Made by a program: the position numbers and the translations under genes. This document shows positions 54,920 through 63,385 of a DNA stretch of 64,000 nt, in pieces; the first letter of the stretch is position 1, and every line of letters starts with the position of its first letter. The notes under the pieces are model-generated. The model saw only the letters and a program-made list of their open reading frames with translations, was not told the origin of the DNA and searched no databases. Source of the DNA: Zoogloea sp. (GTDB taxonomy: Bacteria > Pseudomonadota > Gammaproteobacteria > Burkholderiales > Rhodocyclaceae); assembly GCF_028693495.1 (NCBI RefSeq), contig NZ_JAQUVG010000003.1, positions 8,416 to 72,415 on the forward strand, given 5' to 3'.

Positions 54920-55591
54920 ATGCGCAGTTTCGCCCTAGCCCTGGGCATCTGCCTGCTCCCTGTAGCACCTGCCGTGCAGGCCGAAGCCCCGGCCGTGGGC
55001 ACTCAGGTCCCCGGCTTCTACCGCCTCTCCGTCGGAGATATCGAAGTCACTGCCCTGTACGACGGCTATCTCGACCTGAACAGCAAGATCCTGAAGAATG
55101 CCAGCCCTGCCGAGATCCAGCGCCTGCTGGCGCGCCAGTTCCTGGAGGGTGAGAAGGTCCAGACTGCGGTCAATGCCTTCCTGATCAACACCAGCGGCAA
55201 ACTGGTCCTGGTGGACACGGGCGCGGCCAAAAGCTTCGGCCCCAGCCTGGGCTTCGTGATCGACAACCTCAAGGCCGCCGGCTACCAGCCTGAGCAAGTG
55301 GCTGTAGTGCTGCTGACCCATCTCCATGGCGATCACATCAACGGCCTGCTGACAGCAGAGGGCAAGCCAGCCTTCCCCAATGCCGAGATCCGCGTGTCCA
55401 AGGCAGACAGCGATTTCTGGCTGTCCGAAGCCGTCGCCGCACGGAAAGCCCTGTTTGCCCGTGCCGCCAAGGAAAAACTGGCCCTGGCCGGCATGCATCT
55501 GCCCTTCCCCGGCATCGGCCATGTACGGGCCGACGGCAAGGCCTACGCCTGGGTACCCGTGGAGTTCAGCCCGTTCCGCAAGGAGCAGTAA
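54920..55591 (+). CDS. Secreted MBL-fold metallo-hydrolase, apparently lacking the central part of the fold
   Basis: Start at ATG 54920 (signal MRSFALALGICLLPVAPAVQA). HxHxDH motif (LTHLHGDHINGL) and a C-terminal ...GMHLPFPGIGHVRADGKAYAWVPVEF. At 223 aa it is shorter than the ~290-aa relatives I recall. Confidence 0.75.
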   Translation: MRSFALALGICLLPVAPAVQAEAPAVGTQVPGFYRLSVGDIEVTALYDGYLDLNSKILKNASPAEIQRLLARQFLEGEKVQTAVNAFLINTSGKLVLVDTGAAKSFGPSLGFVIDNLKAAGYQPEQVAVVLLTHLHGDHINGLLTAEGKPAFPNAEIRVSKADSDFWLSEAVAARKALFARAAKEKLALAGMHLPFPGIGHVRADGKAYAWVPVEFSPFRKEQ

Positions 55592-55604
55592 GCCCCTGGT
55601 CCTC

Positions 55605-55637
55605 AAAAAAACGGCGACCTGAAAGTCGCCGTTTTTT
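55605..55637. terminator. Bidirectional rho-independent terminator between the MBL gene and metK
   Basis: AAAAAA-ACGGCGAC-CTGAAA-GTCGCCGT-TTTTT: a perfect 8-bp stem flanked by an A tract and a T tract. Confidence 0.85.
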
Positions 55638-55653
55638 GAGGTTTGACGGGGAA

Positions 55654-56820
55654 CTACAGGCCGGCATCTGCGCGCAGGGCGGCAGCCTTGTCGGTGTTTT
55701 CCCAGGTGAAGTCCACCTCGTCACGACCGAAGTGGCCGTAAGCCGCGGTGCGGGAAAAGATCGGGCGCAGCAGATCGAGGCTGGCGATGATGCCCTTCGG
55801 ACGCAGATCGAAGTGCTCTTTCACCAGTTCGACGATTCTGTCGTCAGACACCTTGCCGGTCCCGAAGGTCTCGACCATCAGGGAAACCGGCCGGGCAACG
55901 CCGATGGCGTAAGCCACCTGCACTTCACATTTGTCGGCAAGGCCCGCAGCAACAATGTTCTTGGCCACGTAGCGGCCAGCGTAGGCCGCGGAACGGTCGA
56001 CCTTGGAGGGATCCTTGCCCGAAAACGCGCCCCCCCCGTGGTGAGCCGCACCGCCGTAGGTATCGACGATGATCTTGCGCCCGGTCAGGCCACAATCGCC
56101 GGCCGGGCCACCAATGACGAAACGGCCGGTCGGGTTGATCAGAAAACGCGTGTTGGCAGTCAGCATCTCCTTGGGCAGCACCGGCTTGATGACTTCCTCG
56201 ATCACCGCCTCGGTCAGGTCCGCATGGGAAATATCCGGGTGATGCTGGGTGGACACCACCACGGTGTCGATGGCCACCGGCTTGCCATCCACATACTTGA
56301 CCGTCAGCTGGCTCTTGGCGTCCGGGCGCAGCCAGGGCAGGCGGCCATCCTTACGGACTTCAGCCTGGCGCTGCATGATGCGGTGAGCGTAGTAAATGGG
56401 GAAAGGCATCAGGCTGGGGGTTTCGTTGGTGGCGAAACCGAACATCAGGCCTTGATCGCCAGCCCCCTGGTCCAGATCAAGGCCTTCGCCCTCGTTCACC
56501 CCTTGAGCGATGTCGGCAGACTGGCGGTTGATGGCGGTGAGTACCGCGCAGCTCTTGTAGTCGAAGCCGATATCAGAATCGTCATAGCCGATCCGCTTGA
56601 CGGTCTCCCGGGCGATGTCCATGTAGTTGATGTCGGCCTTGGTCGTGATCTCGCCGGAAATCACGACCAGCCCGGTGGATACCAGGGTCTCGCAGGCCAC
56701 CCGGCCGCGGGGATCCTGCGCCAGAATGGCATCGAGAACGGCATCGGAGATCTGGTCGGCGACCTTGTCGGGATGGCCCTCGGAGACGGACTCAGAGGTA
56801 AACAGGAATTCACGGGCCAT
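55654..56820 (-). CDS. metK: S-adenosylmethionine synthetase
   Basis: 388 aa. [39 protein letters not shown] and [19 protein letters not shown]. Confidence 0.97.
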   Translation of the reverse strand: MAREFLFTSESVSEGHPDKVADQISDAVLDAILAQDPRGRVACETLVSTGLVVISGEITTKADINYMDIARETVKRIGYDDSDIGFDYKSCAVLTAINRQSADIAQGVNEGEGLDLDQGAGDQGLMFGFATNETPSLMPFPIYYAHRIMQRQAEVRKDGRLPWLRPDAKSQLTVKYVDGKPVAIDTVVVSTQHHPDISHADLTEAVIEEVIKPVLPKEMLTANTRFLINPTGRFVIGGPAGDCGLTGRKIIVDTYGGAAHHGGGAFSGKDPSKVDRSAAYAGRYVAKNIVAAGLADKCEVQVAYAIGVARPVSLMVETFGTGKVSDDRIVELVKEHFDLRPKGIIASLDLLRPIFSRTAAYGHFGRDEVDFTWENTDKAAALRADAGL

Positions 56821-56836
56821 GCTGGAAATGCTCCTA

Positions 56837-56883
56837 AAACAAAAATCCCCGGAGTGTCGGCGTTGCCGGCTCTGGGGATTTTC
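56837..56883 (-). promoter_or_regulatory. Terminator-like hairpin plus U tract in the metK 5' leader, directly upstream of the RBS
   Basis: Minus strand: AAAAUCCCCAGAG...CUCCGGGGAUUUU, with 12 of 13 positions paired, followed by UUUUUGUUUU, AGGAG and then ATG 11 nt further on. Confidence 0.55.
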
Positions 56884-56986
56884 GGGAGCGGCGACGCTTT
56901 AGCAGTATTTTTTTGGCCCGGCACACAGGTAATCTTGTGCACCACCTCCGCCCTGCAAGTTGTCGGATTAACTCGGCGGAATCACA

Positions 56987-57014
56987 ATTATAGCCTTACT
57001 CACCCGGCCGTCAA
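56987..57014 (-). promoter_or_regulatory. Near-consensus sigma-70 promoter for metK
   Basis: Minus strand: TTGACG (57014-57009), a 16-nt spacer, then TATAAT (56992-56987). This predicts a leader of about 160 nt. Confidence 0.6.
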
Positions 57015-57040
57015 TGCGGCCCCTAACCAGCCCCTCCCTG

Positions 57041-57901
57041 ATGGCGTCTTTGATCTTCAAGCTTCTCGCCGCCCTACCCTTCGGCTTGCTGCACTCCCTG
57101 GGGGGCCTGGCAGGCTGGCTCACCTATGCCCTCTCTCCCACCTATCGCAGACGTCTCCGGGCCAACCTGGAGCAGGCCTTGGGATCCACCGAGGCGGGCC
57201 GGGTCTGGCGCCGGGCCGTGAGCGAAACCGGCAGGCAGGCGCTCGAGATGCCGTGGCTGCTTCTGCGCCCTCAGAACGAGGTGGCCATGAAGGTGGTTCA
57301 GGTGAGCGGCTGGGAACACGTGGAAGCCGCACTCGCCCGCAAGGGCGGCATCCTGTTCATCACCCCCCACCTGGGATGTTTCGAGATCGCTGCCCAGTAC
57401 TTCTCCCTGCATGGACCGATCACCGTCCTGTTCCGGCCTCCCAAGAAACCCGTCCTGCGTCCGGTGATCGAGGCCGGTCGCAACCGGGGGCACATCCACT
57501 CCGCCCCCGCCGACGTGGGAGGAGTCCGCCAGCTGGTCAAGGCCCTGCGGGCTGGCGAAGCCGTCGGCATGCTGCCGGATCAGGTCCCTGGCGCTGGTGA
57601 AGGGCTCTGGCTGCCGTTTTTTGGCCGGGCCGCCTACACCATGACCCTGGCAGCCCGGCTCTCCGAGATCAATGGCGTAACCACCCTGTTTGCCTTTGGC
57701 GAACGCCTGCCTGATGGCAAGGGCTTTCACCTGCGCATGAGCCCCCCTCGGGAGCCCCTGGACGGGAGCACCGAAACGCGCGCGGTCGCCATCAACCGGG
57801 AAATGGAAGCCCTGATCCGCAGCAACCCTGCCCAGTACCTGTGGGGCTACAACCGCTACAAGCGCCCCTCCGGCGCACCGCCTGCCCCCACCAATACCTG
57901 A
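57041..57901 (+). CDS. Lipid A biosynthesis late acyltransferase (LpxL/HtrB family), copy 1
   Basis: Family pattern ...RRRLRANLEQALG...FITPHLGCFE...GMLPDQV...AQYLWGYNRYK. Start chosen at ATG 57041 by N-terminal alignment with copy 2. ATG 57014 overlaps the metK -35 element. Confidence 0.85.
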   Translation: MASLIFKLLAALPFGLLHSLGGLAGWLTYALSPTYRRRLRANLEQALGSTEAGRVWRRAVSETGRQALEMPWLLLRPQNEVAMKVVQVSGWEHVEAALARKGGILFITPHLGCFEIAAQYFSLHGPITVLFRPPKKPVLRPVIEAGRNRGHIHSAPADVGGVRQLVKALRAGEAVGMLPDQVPGAGEGLWLPFFGRAAYTMTLAARLSEINGVTTLFAFGERLPDGKGFHLRMSPPREPLDGSTETRAVAINREMEALIRSNPAQYLWGYNRYKRPSGAPPAPTNT

Positions 57902-57907
57902 AAAACC

Positions 57908-58780
57908 ATGAGTCGAATCATCGTCGCCCTGCTGTGGCTGCTCCACTGGCTGCCCCTTTCCGTCCAGGCTCCCATCGGGCGTGGGCTAGGCCATCTGCTG
58001 TACTGGATCATCGCCCCACGCCGCCGGGTGGTGCATACCAATCTGCGCCTGTGCTTTCCCCAGCTCCCGGAAAACGAGCGCACACGACTGGCCAAGGAGC
58101 ACTTCGCCCTCGCCGGACGCAGCCTGCTCGAGCGGGGCCTGTGCTGGTTCGCCCCCGAATCACGGATCCGCGCCCTGGTACGCGTGGAAGGAGAAGAAAT
58201 GCTCCAGTCCCTTGTGGACGCCCGCCAGCCGGTCATCCTCCTGACCCCCCACTTCCTGGGTCTCGACCTGGGCGGCACCCGCCTGTCCACCCGCTTCGAC
58301 TGCGTGAGCATCTACGCCCGCCAGCGGGACAAGGTCATCGACCGGTGGCTCTACCACGGGCGCAGCCGCTTCGGCAGCCAGCTGCTGCTCCAGCGGGGGG
58401 ACAGCATCCGCGCATCGATCAAGGGACTGAAGGAGATCCGGCCCTTCTACTACCTGCCGGACATGGACAACGGAATCGAAGACTCCCTCTTCGTGCCCTT
58501 CTTCGGCATCCCGGCGGCCACCCTCTCGGCCCTGCCCCGGCTGGCCCGCCTCGGCGGTGCCGTGGTGGTGCCCTGCGTGACCCGGATGCTGCCTGGCGGC
58601 CAGGGCTATGTGGTGGAGCTGGGCGAGCCCTGGAAGGATTTTCCGGGTCCGAGTCTGGAAGAAGACGTACGCCGGATGAACGCCTTTCTGGAAGAACGCA
58701 TCCGCACGATGCCGGCCCAGTATTACTGGGTGCACCGCCGCTTCAAGACCCGTCCGCCCGGAGAGGCGAAGATCTACTGA
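57908..58780 (+). CDS. Lipid A biosynthesis late acyltransferase (LpxL/LpxM family), copy 2
   Basis: VHTNLRLCFPQLPENER...LLTPHFLGLD...YYLPDMD...AQYYWVHRRFK. Confidence 0.85.
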   Translation: MSRIIVALLWLLHWLPLSVQAPIGRGLGHLLYWIIAPRRRVVHTNLRLCFPQLPENERTRLAKEHFALAGRSLLERGLCWFAPESRIRALVRVEGEEMLQSLVDARQPVILLTPHFLGLDLGGTRLSTRFDCVSIYARQRDKVIDRWLYHGRSRFGSQLLLQRGDSIRASIKGLKEIRPFYYLPDMDNGIEDSLFVPFFGIPAATLSALPRLARLGGAVVVPCVTRMLPGGQGYVVELGEPWKDFPGPSLEEDVRRMNAFLEERIRTMPAQYYWVHRRFKTRPPGEAKIY

Positions 58781-58819
58781 AACCAGTGGGCGGGGTGGCA
58801 CTCCTGGCAACGCCCCGGG

Positions 58820-59047
58820 TCAGGCCGCCTCGTCCTTGTCCGCCAAACGGGCCAGAACCAGGGGAAACCCCGCCGTCCCCAGCAGGGCCACGCCTGAGAC
58901 GATCAGCACCAGTTCCGCCCCCGATGCCTGCAGCAAGGGGTGGAATCCACTGCCGACGCCCGCCAGCAACCCCATGCCAAGGAGCAGGCAGGCCACCCCC
59001 GGCAGCCCCAGCGCCCAGACGCTCCAGGGAACGCGCCCCTCGGCCAT
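58820..59047 (-). CDS. Possible small two-TM membrane protein
   Basis: 75-aa ORF from ATG 59047, 3 nt after the trmB stop. It has two hydrophobic segments (WALGLPGVACLLLGMGLLAGV; LVLIVSGVALLGTAGFPLVLA). The longer track ORF (to 59326) overlaps trmB out of frame. No family recognised. Confidence 0.4.
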   Translation of the reverse strand: MAEGRVPWSVWALGLPGVACLLLGMGLLAGVGSGFHPLLQASGAELVLIVSGVALLGTAGFPLVLARLADKDEAA

Positions 59048-59049
59048 GC

Positions 59050-59772
59050 TCACACCCGCTTGAAGACCAGATCCCACACCCCATGGCCCAGCTTGAGGCC
59101 CCGGTTCTCGAACTTGGTGAGGGGGCGGTAATCGGGCTTCGGCGCGTAGCCGTCGGCGGTGTTGGCCAGCAGGGGCTCGGCAGAGAGCACCTCCAGCATC
59201 TGCTGGGCGTACTCCTCCCAGTCGGTGGCACAGTGCAGGTAGCCGCCAGGCGCGAGGCGCGAGGCGATCAGCTTGACGAACGGCCCCTGGATCAGCCGAC
59301 GCTTGTGATGACGCTTCTTGGGCCACGGATCGGGAAAATACACATGCACACCGGCCAGGGACCCCTCGGGAATCATGTCCCTCAGCACCTCCACCGCATC
59401 GTGCTGAACAATCCGCAGGTTGGTGATCCCCGCCTCATCGATCAGCTTGCACAGGCCGCCCACCCCCGGCGCATGCACCTCGATGCCCACAAAATCATCG
59501 CCCGGCCGGGCCTGGGCAATCTGCGCCGTGGCCTGGCCCATGCCGAAACCGATCTCGACGATCTGGGGCGCCCGACGCCCGAAGACCTGGCTCAGATCGA
59601 CGGGCTCAGGACGGAAGGCAATCCCCACTCGGGGCATCATCTCATCCAGGAAACGATGCTGGGCATCGGACATGCGCCCCTGGCGCAGCACGAAGCTGCG
59701 GATGGACTGGGACGTCAGACGGCCAGCGGGCTGCTGTTCGTCAGCGGGCGGCAGGGTGTTCTCTTCGCTCAT
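59050..59772 (-). CDS. trmB: tRNA (guanine-N7)-methyltransferase
   Basis: [12 protein letters not shown]..., EIGFGMG and [15 protein letters not shown] motifs. Start moved to ATG 59772. Confidence 0.9.
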   Translation of the reverse strand: MSEENTLPPADEQQPAGRLTSQSIRSFVLRQGRMSDAQHRFLDEMMPRVGIAFRPEPVDLSQVFGRRAPQIVEIGFGMGQATAQIAQARPGDDFVGIEVHAPGVGGLCKLIDEAGITNLRIVQHDAVEVLRDMIPEGSLAGVHVYFPDPWPKKRHHKRRLIQGPFVKLIASRLAPGGYLHCATDWEEYAQQMLEVLSAEPLLANTADGYAPKPDYRPLTKFENRGLKLGHGVWDLVFKRV

Positions 59773-59852
59773 GGCGGCATCCAAAAATACAAAGCGGCCC
59801 ACCCCCGGCGCGCCGCAAGAAACAAGGGCGAACGCATCCGCCCGACAAGGGC

Positions 59853-60638
59853 TCAGCTGCCGATCAGGCCCGTGGTGGGCGAACTCGGGCTGGCGGTATA
59901 GAACTTCCTGGGCATCCGTCCGGCCAGGTAGGCCTCGCGACCCGCCTCGACCCCCTTCTTCATGGCCCCGGCCATGCGCACCGGATCCCGGGCCAGGGCA
60001 ATCGCCGTATTCATCAGCACCCCGTCACAGCCCAGCTCCATGGCGATGGCCGCATCGGAAGCCGTGCCCACCCCCGCATCCAGCAGCACCGGCACCTTCA
60101 CCGCATCCCGCACCAGCTGGACGTTCCAGGGATTCAGGACGCCCATCCCCGAACCGATCAGGGAAGCCAGGGGCATCACCGCCACACAGCCGATGTCCTC
60201 CAGCATCTTCGCCTGGATGGGATCGTCGGAGCAGTACACCATCACCTCGAAGCCCTCCTTGACCAGCACCTCGGCCGCCTTGAGGGTTTCGGGCATGTTC
60301 GGAAAAAGGGTATGAGGATCGCCCAGCACTTCCAGCTTCACCAGGCGATGATCGTCCAGCAATTCCCGCGCCAGACGCAAGGTCCGCACCGCATCATCCG
60401 CGCTGTAACAACCCGCCGTATTGGGCAGGTAAGTGAACTCGGACGGCGGCAGGGCATCCAGCAGGCTAGGCGCCTTGGGATCCTGACCGATGTTGGTCCG
60501 GCGGATCGCCACCGTGACGATCTGCGCCCCGCTGGCCACGACGGCCTCCCGGGTCTCGCTGAAATCCTTGTACTTGCCGGTGCCCACCAGGAGCCGGGAA
60601 GAATACGCCTTGCCTGCAATCGTCAGCACATCGTCCAT
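59853..60638 (-). CDS. thiG: Thiazole synthase
   Basis: Start moved to ATG 60638. [19 protein letters not shown]..., [19 protein letters not shown] and [11 protein letters not shown]. Confidence 0.95.
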   Translation of the reverse strand: MDDVLTIAGKAYSSRLLVGTGKYKDFSETREAVVASGAQIVTVAIRRTNIGQDPKAPSLLDALPPSEFTYLPNTAGCYSADDAVRTLRLARELLDDHRLVKLEVLGDPHTLFPNMPETLKAAEVLVKEGFEVMVYCSDDPIQAKMLEDIGCVAVMPLASLIGSGMGVLNPWNVQLVRDAVKVPVLLDAGVGTASDAAIAMELGCDGVLMNTAIALARDPVRMAGAMKKGVEAGREAYLAGRMPRKFYTASPSSPTTGLIGS

Positions 60639-60708
60639 GGAAACGCCCGTCTGAAAAGAGGAATGAAGAAAAGAGGCCCGCAGCACCCGTCAGCCGCAGG
60701 GAGTGGTA

Positions 60709-60939
60709 TCAGCCGCCCCCCACCGCCACCACGATCTCAAGCCGGTCCCCGTCTGCGAGTTCCGTGGCGCCATGCACGCCCTTGGGCACGATCTCGCCGT
60801 TGCGCTCCACGGCCAGGCGCTTGCCCGCAAGACCCATCTGGTCGAGCAGGCCCGCCACCGTGAGCGGCCTGGCCAAATTGCGGGACTCACCGTTGATGAA
60901 CAGGGACAGGGAAACGGAGGAATGGGCTTGAGCAGACAT
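60709..60939 (-). CDS. thiS: Sulfur carrier protein ThiS
   Basis: Small ubiquitin-like protein ending in ...EIVVAVGGG (C-terminal GG), immediately upstream of thiG. The start is uncertain (ATG 60939 chosen). Confidence 0.85.
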   Translation of the reverse strand: MSAQAHSSVSLSLFINGESRNLARPLTVAGLLDQMGLAGKRLAVERNGEIVPKGVHGATELADGDRLEIVVAVGGG

Positions 60940-61007
60940 GAAGCAGAGTTTACCACGCCCGCCGGTTGCCCTCCGCCTCCGGTCTGCGTACAATTACGGA
61001 CTCCCGA

Positions 61008-61081
61008 GCGGGCGTCGTATAATGGTAATACCCTAGCTTCCCAAGCTAGAGCCGTGGGTTCGATTCCCATCGCCCGCTCCA
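61008..61081 (+). tRNA. tRNA-Gly (anticodon CCC)
   Basis: 74 nt, GCGGGCGTCGTATAATGGTAATAC...CTTCCCAAG...GGTTCGATTCCCATCGCCCGCTCCA. The acceptor and T arms resemble E. coli glyU. Confidence 0.93.
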
Positions 61082-61120
61082 CATCGGATTCCGGCAGGTC
61101 GTTGATCTGCAAGCAAAAAG

Positions 61121-61146
61121 GCCAACCTCTCGGGGTTGGCTTTTTT
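61121..61146 (+). terminator. Rho-independent terminator after tRNA-Gly(CCC)
   Basis: GCCAACC-TCTCGG-GGTTGGC followed by TTTTTT. Confidence 0.75.
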
Positions 61147-61249
61147 GTTGTCTGGTCGATATCTGGTCGGAGGTGGGTTGGGCACGATCAAGCTTCATCT
61201 GGCTGGCAGGTTAAACTTGCGCCCCCAGCCGGAAGCCAGAAGCAGATCG

Positions 61250-63385
61250 ATGAGCGCAAACCCCTTTCAGAACATCTCCAAGATCGAAGACAGCCTGTGG
61301 GAGGCTGCCGATCAACTGCGTGCCAACTCCAAGCTGACCAGCAGCGAATACTGCATGCCGGTGCTGGGCGTCATCTTCCTGCGCCACGCCTCCAACCGTT
61401 ACGACGCTGCCCTGAAGGCTATCAAGGCCGACCAGGAGGCTGGCAAGATGCCACCCCGGGCGCTGGTCAAGGGCGACTTCATCAAGCGCCGGGCGCTGAT
61501 GCTGCCCGCTACCGCCCATTACAACCACCTGCTGACACTGCCGGCCGGCACCGACCTCGGCGCCGCCCTGGTCGACGCCATGGACGCGATTGAGGCCGAC
61601 TTCGAGCCCCTAGCGGGGCAGTTGCCAAAGGATTACGACCGCTTCGACAACGAACTGCTGGAAAACCTGCTCCGCAAGTTCGACTCCGAAGTGCTGCGCA
61701 GCGCGAGCGGCGACGTGTTCGGGCGCATCTACGAATACTTCCTGATGAAGTTTGCGATCCAGGGCGCCCAGGACAACGGTGAGTTCTTCACCCCGCCGTC
61801 GCTGGTGCAGACCCTCGTCAACGTCATCGAGCCCGATCATGGCGTGGTCTTCGATCCCGCCTGCGGCTCCGGCGGCATGTTCGTGCAGACCAGCCACTTC
61901 ATCGAAGACGAAGGGCTGGAAACGATGAAGCGGGTCACCTTCTACGGACAGGAGAAAACCGCCACCACGATCCGCCTCGCCAAGATGAACCTCGCGGTGC
62001 ATGGCCTCGAAGGCGACATCCAGGAGGCCAATTCCTTCTACGACGACAAGCACCGGCTGCCGGACGGCCGTGCCCTATGGGGCAACTGCGACTTCGTGAT
62101 GGCCAACCCGCCCTTCAACGTGGACAAGGTGGACGCCACCAAGGTCAAGAACGACCGCCGCCTGCCTTTCGGCCTACCGGGCACCACCAACAAGGACAAG
62201 GAGGTCTCCAACGGCAACTATCTGTGGATCTCCTACTTCCACAGCTACCTGTCGGAAACAGGCCGTGCTGGCTTCGTGATGTCGTCACAGGCGAGCAGTG
62301 CCGGCCACGGTGAGAAGGAAGTCAGGCGCAAGCTGGTGGAGACCGGCGACGTGGACGTGATGATCGCGATCCGCTCCAACTTCTTCTACACCCGCACCGT
62401 CCCCTGCGAGCTGTGGCATTTCGACCGCGCCAAGCCGCCCGAGCGCAAGGACAAGGTGCTGATGCTCGACGCCCGGCACATCTACCGCAAGGTCACGCGC
62501 AAGATCTACGACTTCAGCCCCGAGCAGCAGGCCAGCCTCGCCGCCATCGTCTGGCTGTATCGCGGGCAGCGGGAGCGTTTCGTCGAACTGGTCCAGCAGC
62601 ACATCAGCAGCGCGATCAACGCTGCCCATACCTGTTTTCTCGACGAAACCGGCGACAAATCCTGCGAGCCCCTGGCCGACTTCGTCTCCAGCTACACGGC
62701 GCTGCGCCAGCTCATGAAGCCCTTTCTAGACCAGTTGCCGGAGGGCACGCCCCACGATACTGCCCTGGGTGAATACGGTGCTATCGACAACCCAAGCGAC
62801 CCGATCGAACTCTTTCGGGTCTTCACCAACGACATCGAGGGCCACTGGATACAAGGCTCCGAAGGCATGGCCGACGCCGTCGATGTGCATGACAACCTTT
62901 TGAAAGGCTTTGTCGACCACAGCCGCAGCCTGATTGCAGATCTGGACCACGCCTTCAAGATCACCAGCCGCACGATCGAACTGTGCGAGAAGGAGTTCGC
63001 CGCCAAGGACAGCCCCGACTGGAACAGCCGTGAGATCAACAAGGCCCGCAAGGCCGCGGATGCCGCCCGCCATGCGGCCGTGGAACGCCTCAAGCAGATC
63101 CGCTACTTCCAGCGCCACGCCGCCTGGCTGATCGAGCGCTTCCCCGATGCTGAACTGCGCGACGTGCCCGGCCTGTGCAAGCTCGTCAGCCGCGCCGACA
63201 TCGAGGCCGCCGACTGGAGCCTCACCCCGGGCCGCTACGTCGGCGTCGCCCCGGCGGAAGTGGACGAGGACTTCGACTTCGAGCAGACCATGCGCGACCT
63301 TCACACCGAACTGGCCGACCTGAACCGGGAGGCGGCGGAGCTGGCGGCGCGGATTCAGGAGAACTTCGAGGGGCTGGGGGTATGA
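61250..63385 (+). CDS. hsdM: Type I restriction-modification system DNA methyltransferase subunit (long form, 711 aa)
   Basis: Start at ATG 61250. HsdM N-terminal domain (SLWEAADQLRANSKLTSSEYCMPVLGVIFLRH), motif I VFDPACGSGGMF, motif IV VMANPPFN, and a C-terminal DWSLTPGRYVG. Confidence 0.92.
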   Translation: MSANPFQNISKIEDSLWEAADQLRANSKLTSSEYCMPVLGVIFLRHASNRYDAALKAIKADQEAGKMPPRALVKGDFIKRRALMLPATAHYNHLLTLPAGTDLGAALVDAMDAIEADFEPLAGQLPKDYDRFDNELLENLLRKFDSEVLRSASGDVFGRIYEYFLMKFAIQGAQDNGEFFTPPSLVQTLVNVIEPDHGVVFDPACGSGGMFVQTSHFIEDEGLETMKRVTFYGQEKTATTIRLAKMNLAVHGLEGDIQEANSFYDDKHRLPDGRALWGNCDFVMANPPFNVDKVDATKVKNDRRLPFGLPGTTNKDKEVSNGNYLWISYFHSYLSETGRAGFVMSSQASSAGHGEKEVRRKLVETGDVDVMIAIRSNFFYTRTVPCELWHFDRAKPPERKDKVLMLDARHIYRKVTRKIYDFSPEQQASLAAIVWLYRGQRERFVELVQQHISSAINAAHTCFLDETGDKSCEPLADFVSSYTALRQLMKPFLDQLPEGTPHDTALGEYGAIDNPSDPIELFRVFTNDIEGHWIQGSEGMADAVDVHDNLLKGFVDHSRSLIADLDHAFKITSRTIELCEKEFAAKDSPDWNSREINKARKAADAARHAAVERLKQIRYFQRHAAWLIERFPDAELRDVPGLCKLVSRADIEAADWSLTPGRYVGVAPAEVDEDFDFEQTMRDLHTELADLNREAAELAARIQENFEGLGV

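Noticed and set aside
55636-57600. 654-aa plus-strand ORF spanning metK (antisense), the metK leader and part of the first lpxL gene.
   Set aside because: It crosses an obvious intergenic promoter and leader region, is antisense to metK, and is out of frame with lpxL. It has no family signatures.
58820-59326. 168-aa form of the minus-strand ORF downstream of trmB.
   Set aside because: Its first 93 residues overlap the trmB 3' end out of frame and are Arg/Ala/Pro/Gly-rich. Only the last 75 aa (from ATG 59047) look like a plausible small membrane protein, and even that has low confidence.
57841-59901. 686-aa plus-strand ORF, very Pro/Arg/Gly-rich.
   Set aside because: It is out of frame with the second lpxL paralogue and antisense to trmB, both of which have clear motifs. 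It is a low-complexity shadow translation.
60940-61007. Expected TPP (THI-box) riboswitch upstream of thiS-thiG.
   Set aside because: Only ~68 nt separate the thiS start from the divergent tRNA-Gly gene. The sequence lacks the conserved CUGAGA and ACCUGAUCUGGAUAAUGCCAGCG-type elements, so no riboswitch can be supported here.
61082-61250. Integrase or att site directly after tRNA-Gly(CCC).
   Set aside because: There is no ORF with integrase features and no repeat of the tRNA 3' end within the window. Island status therefore remains an inference.
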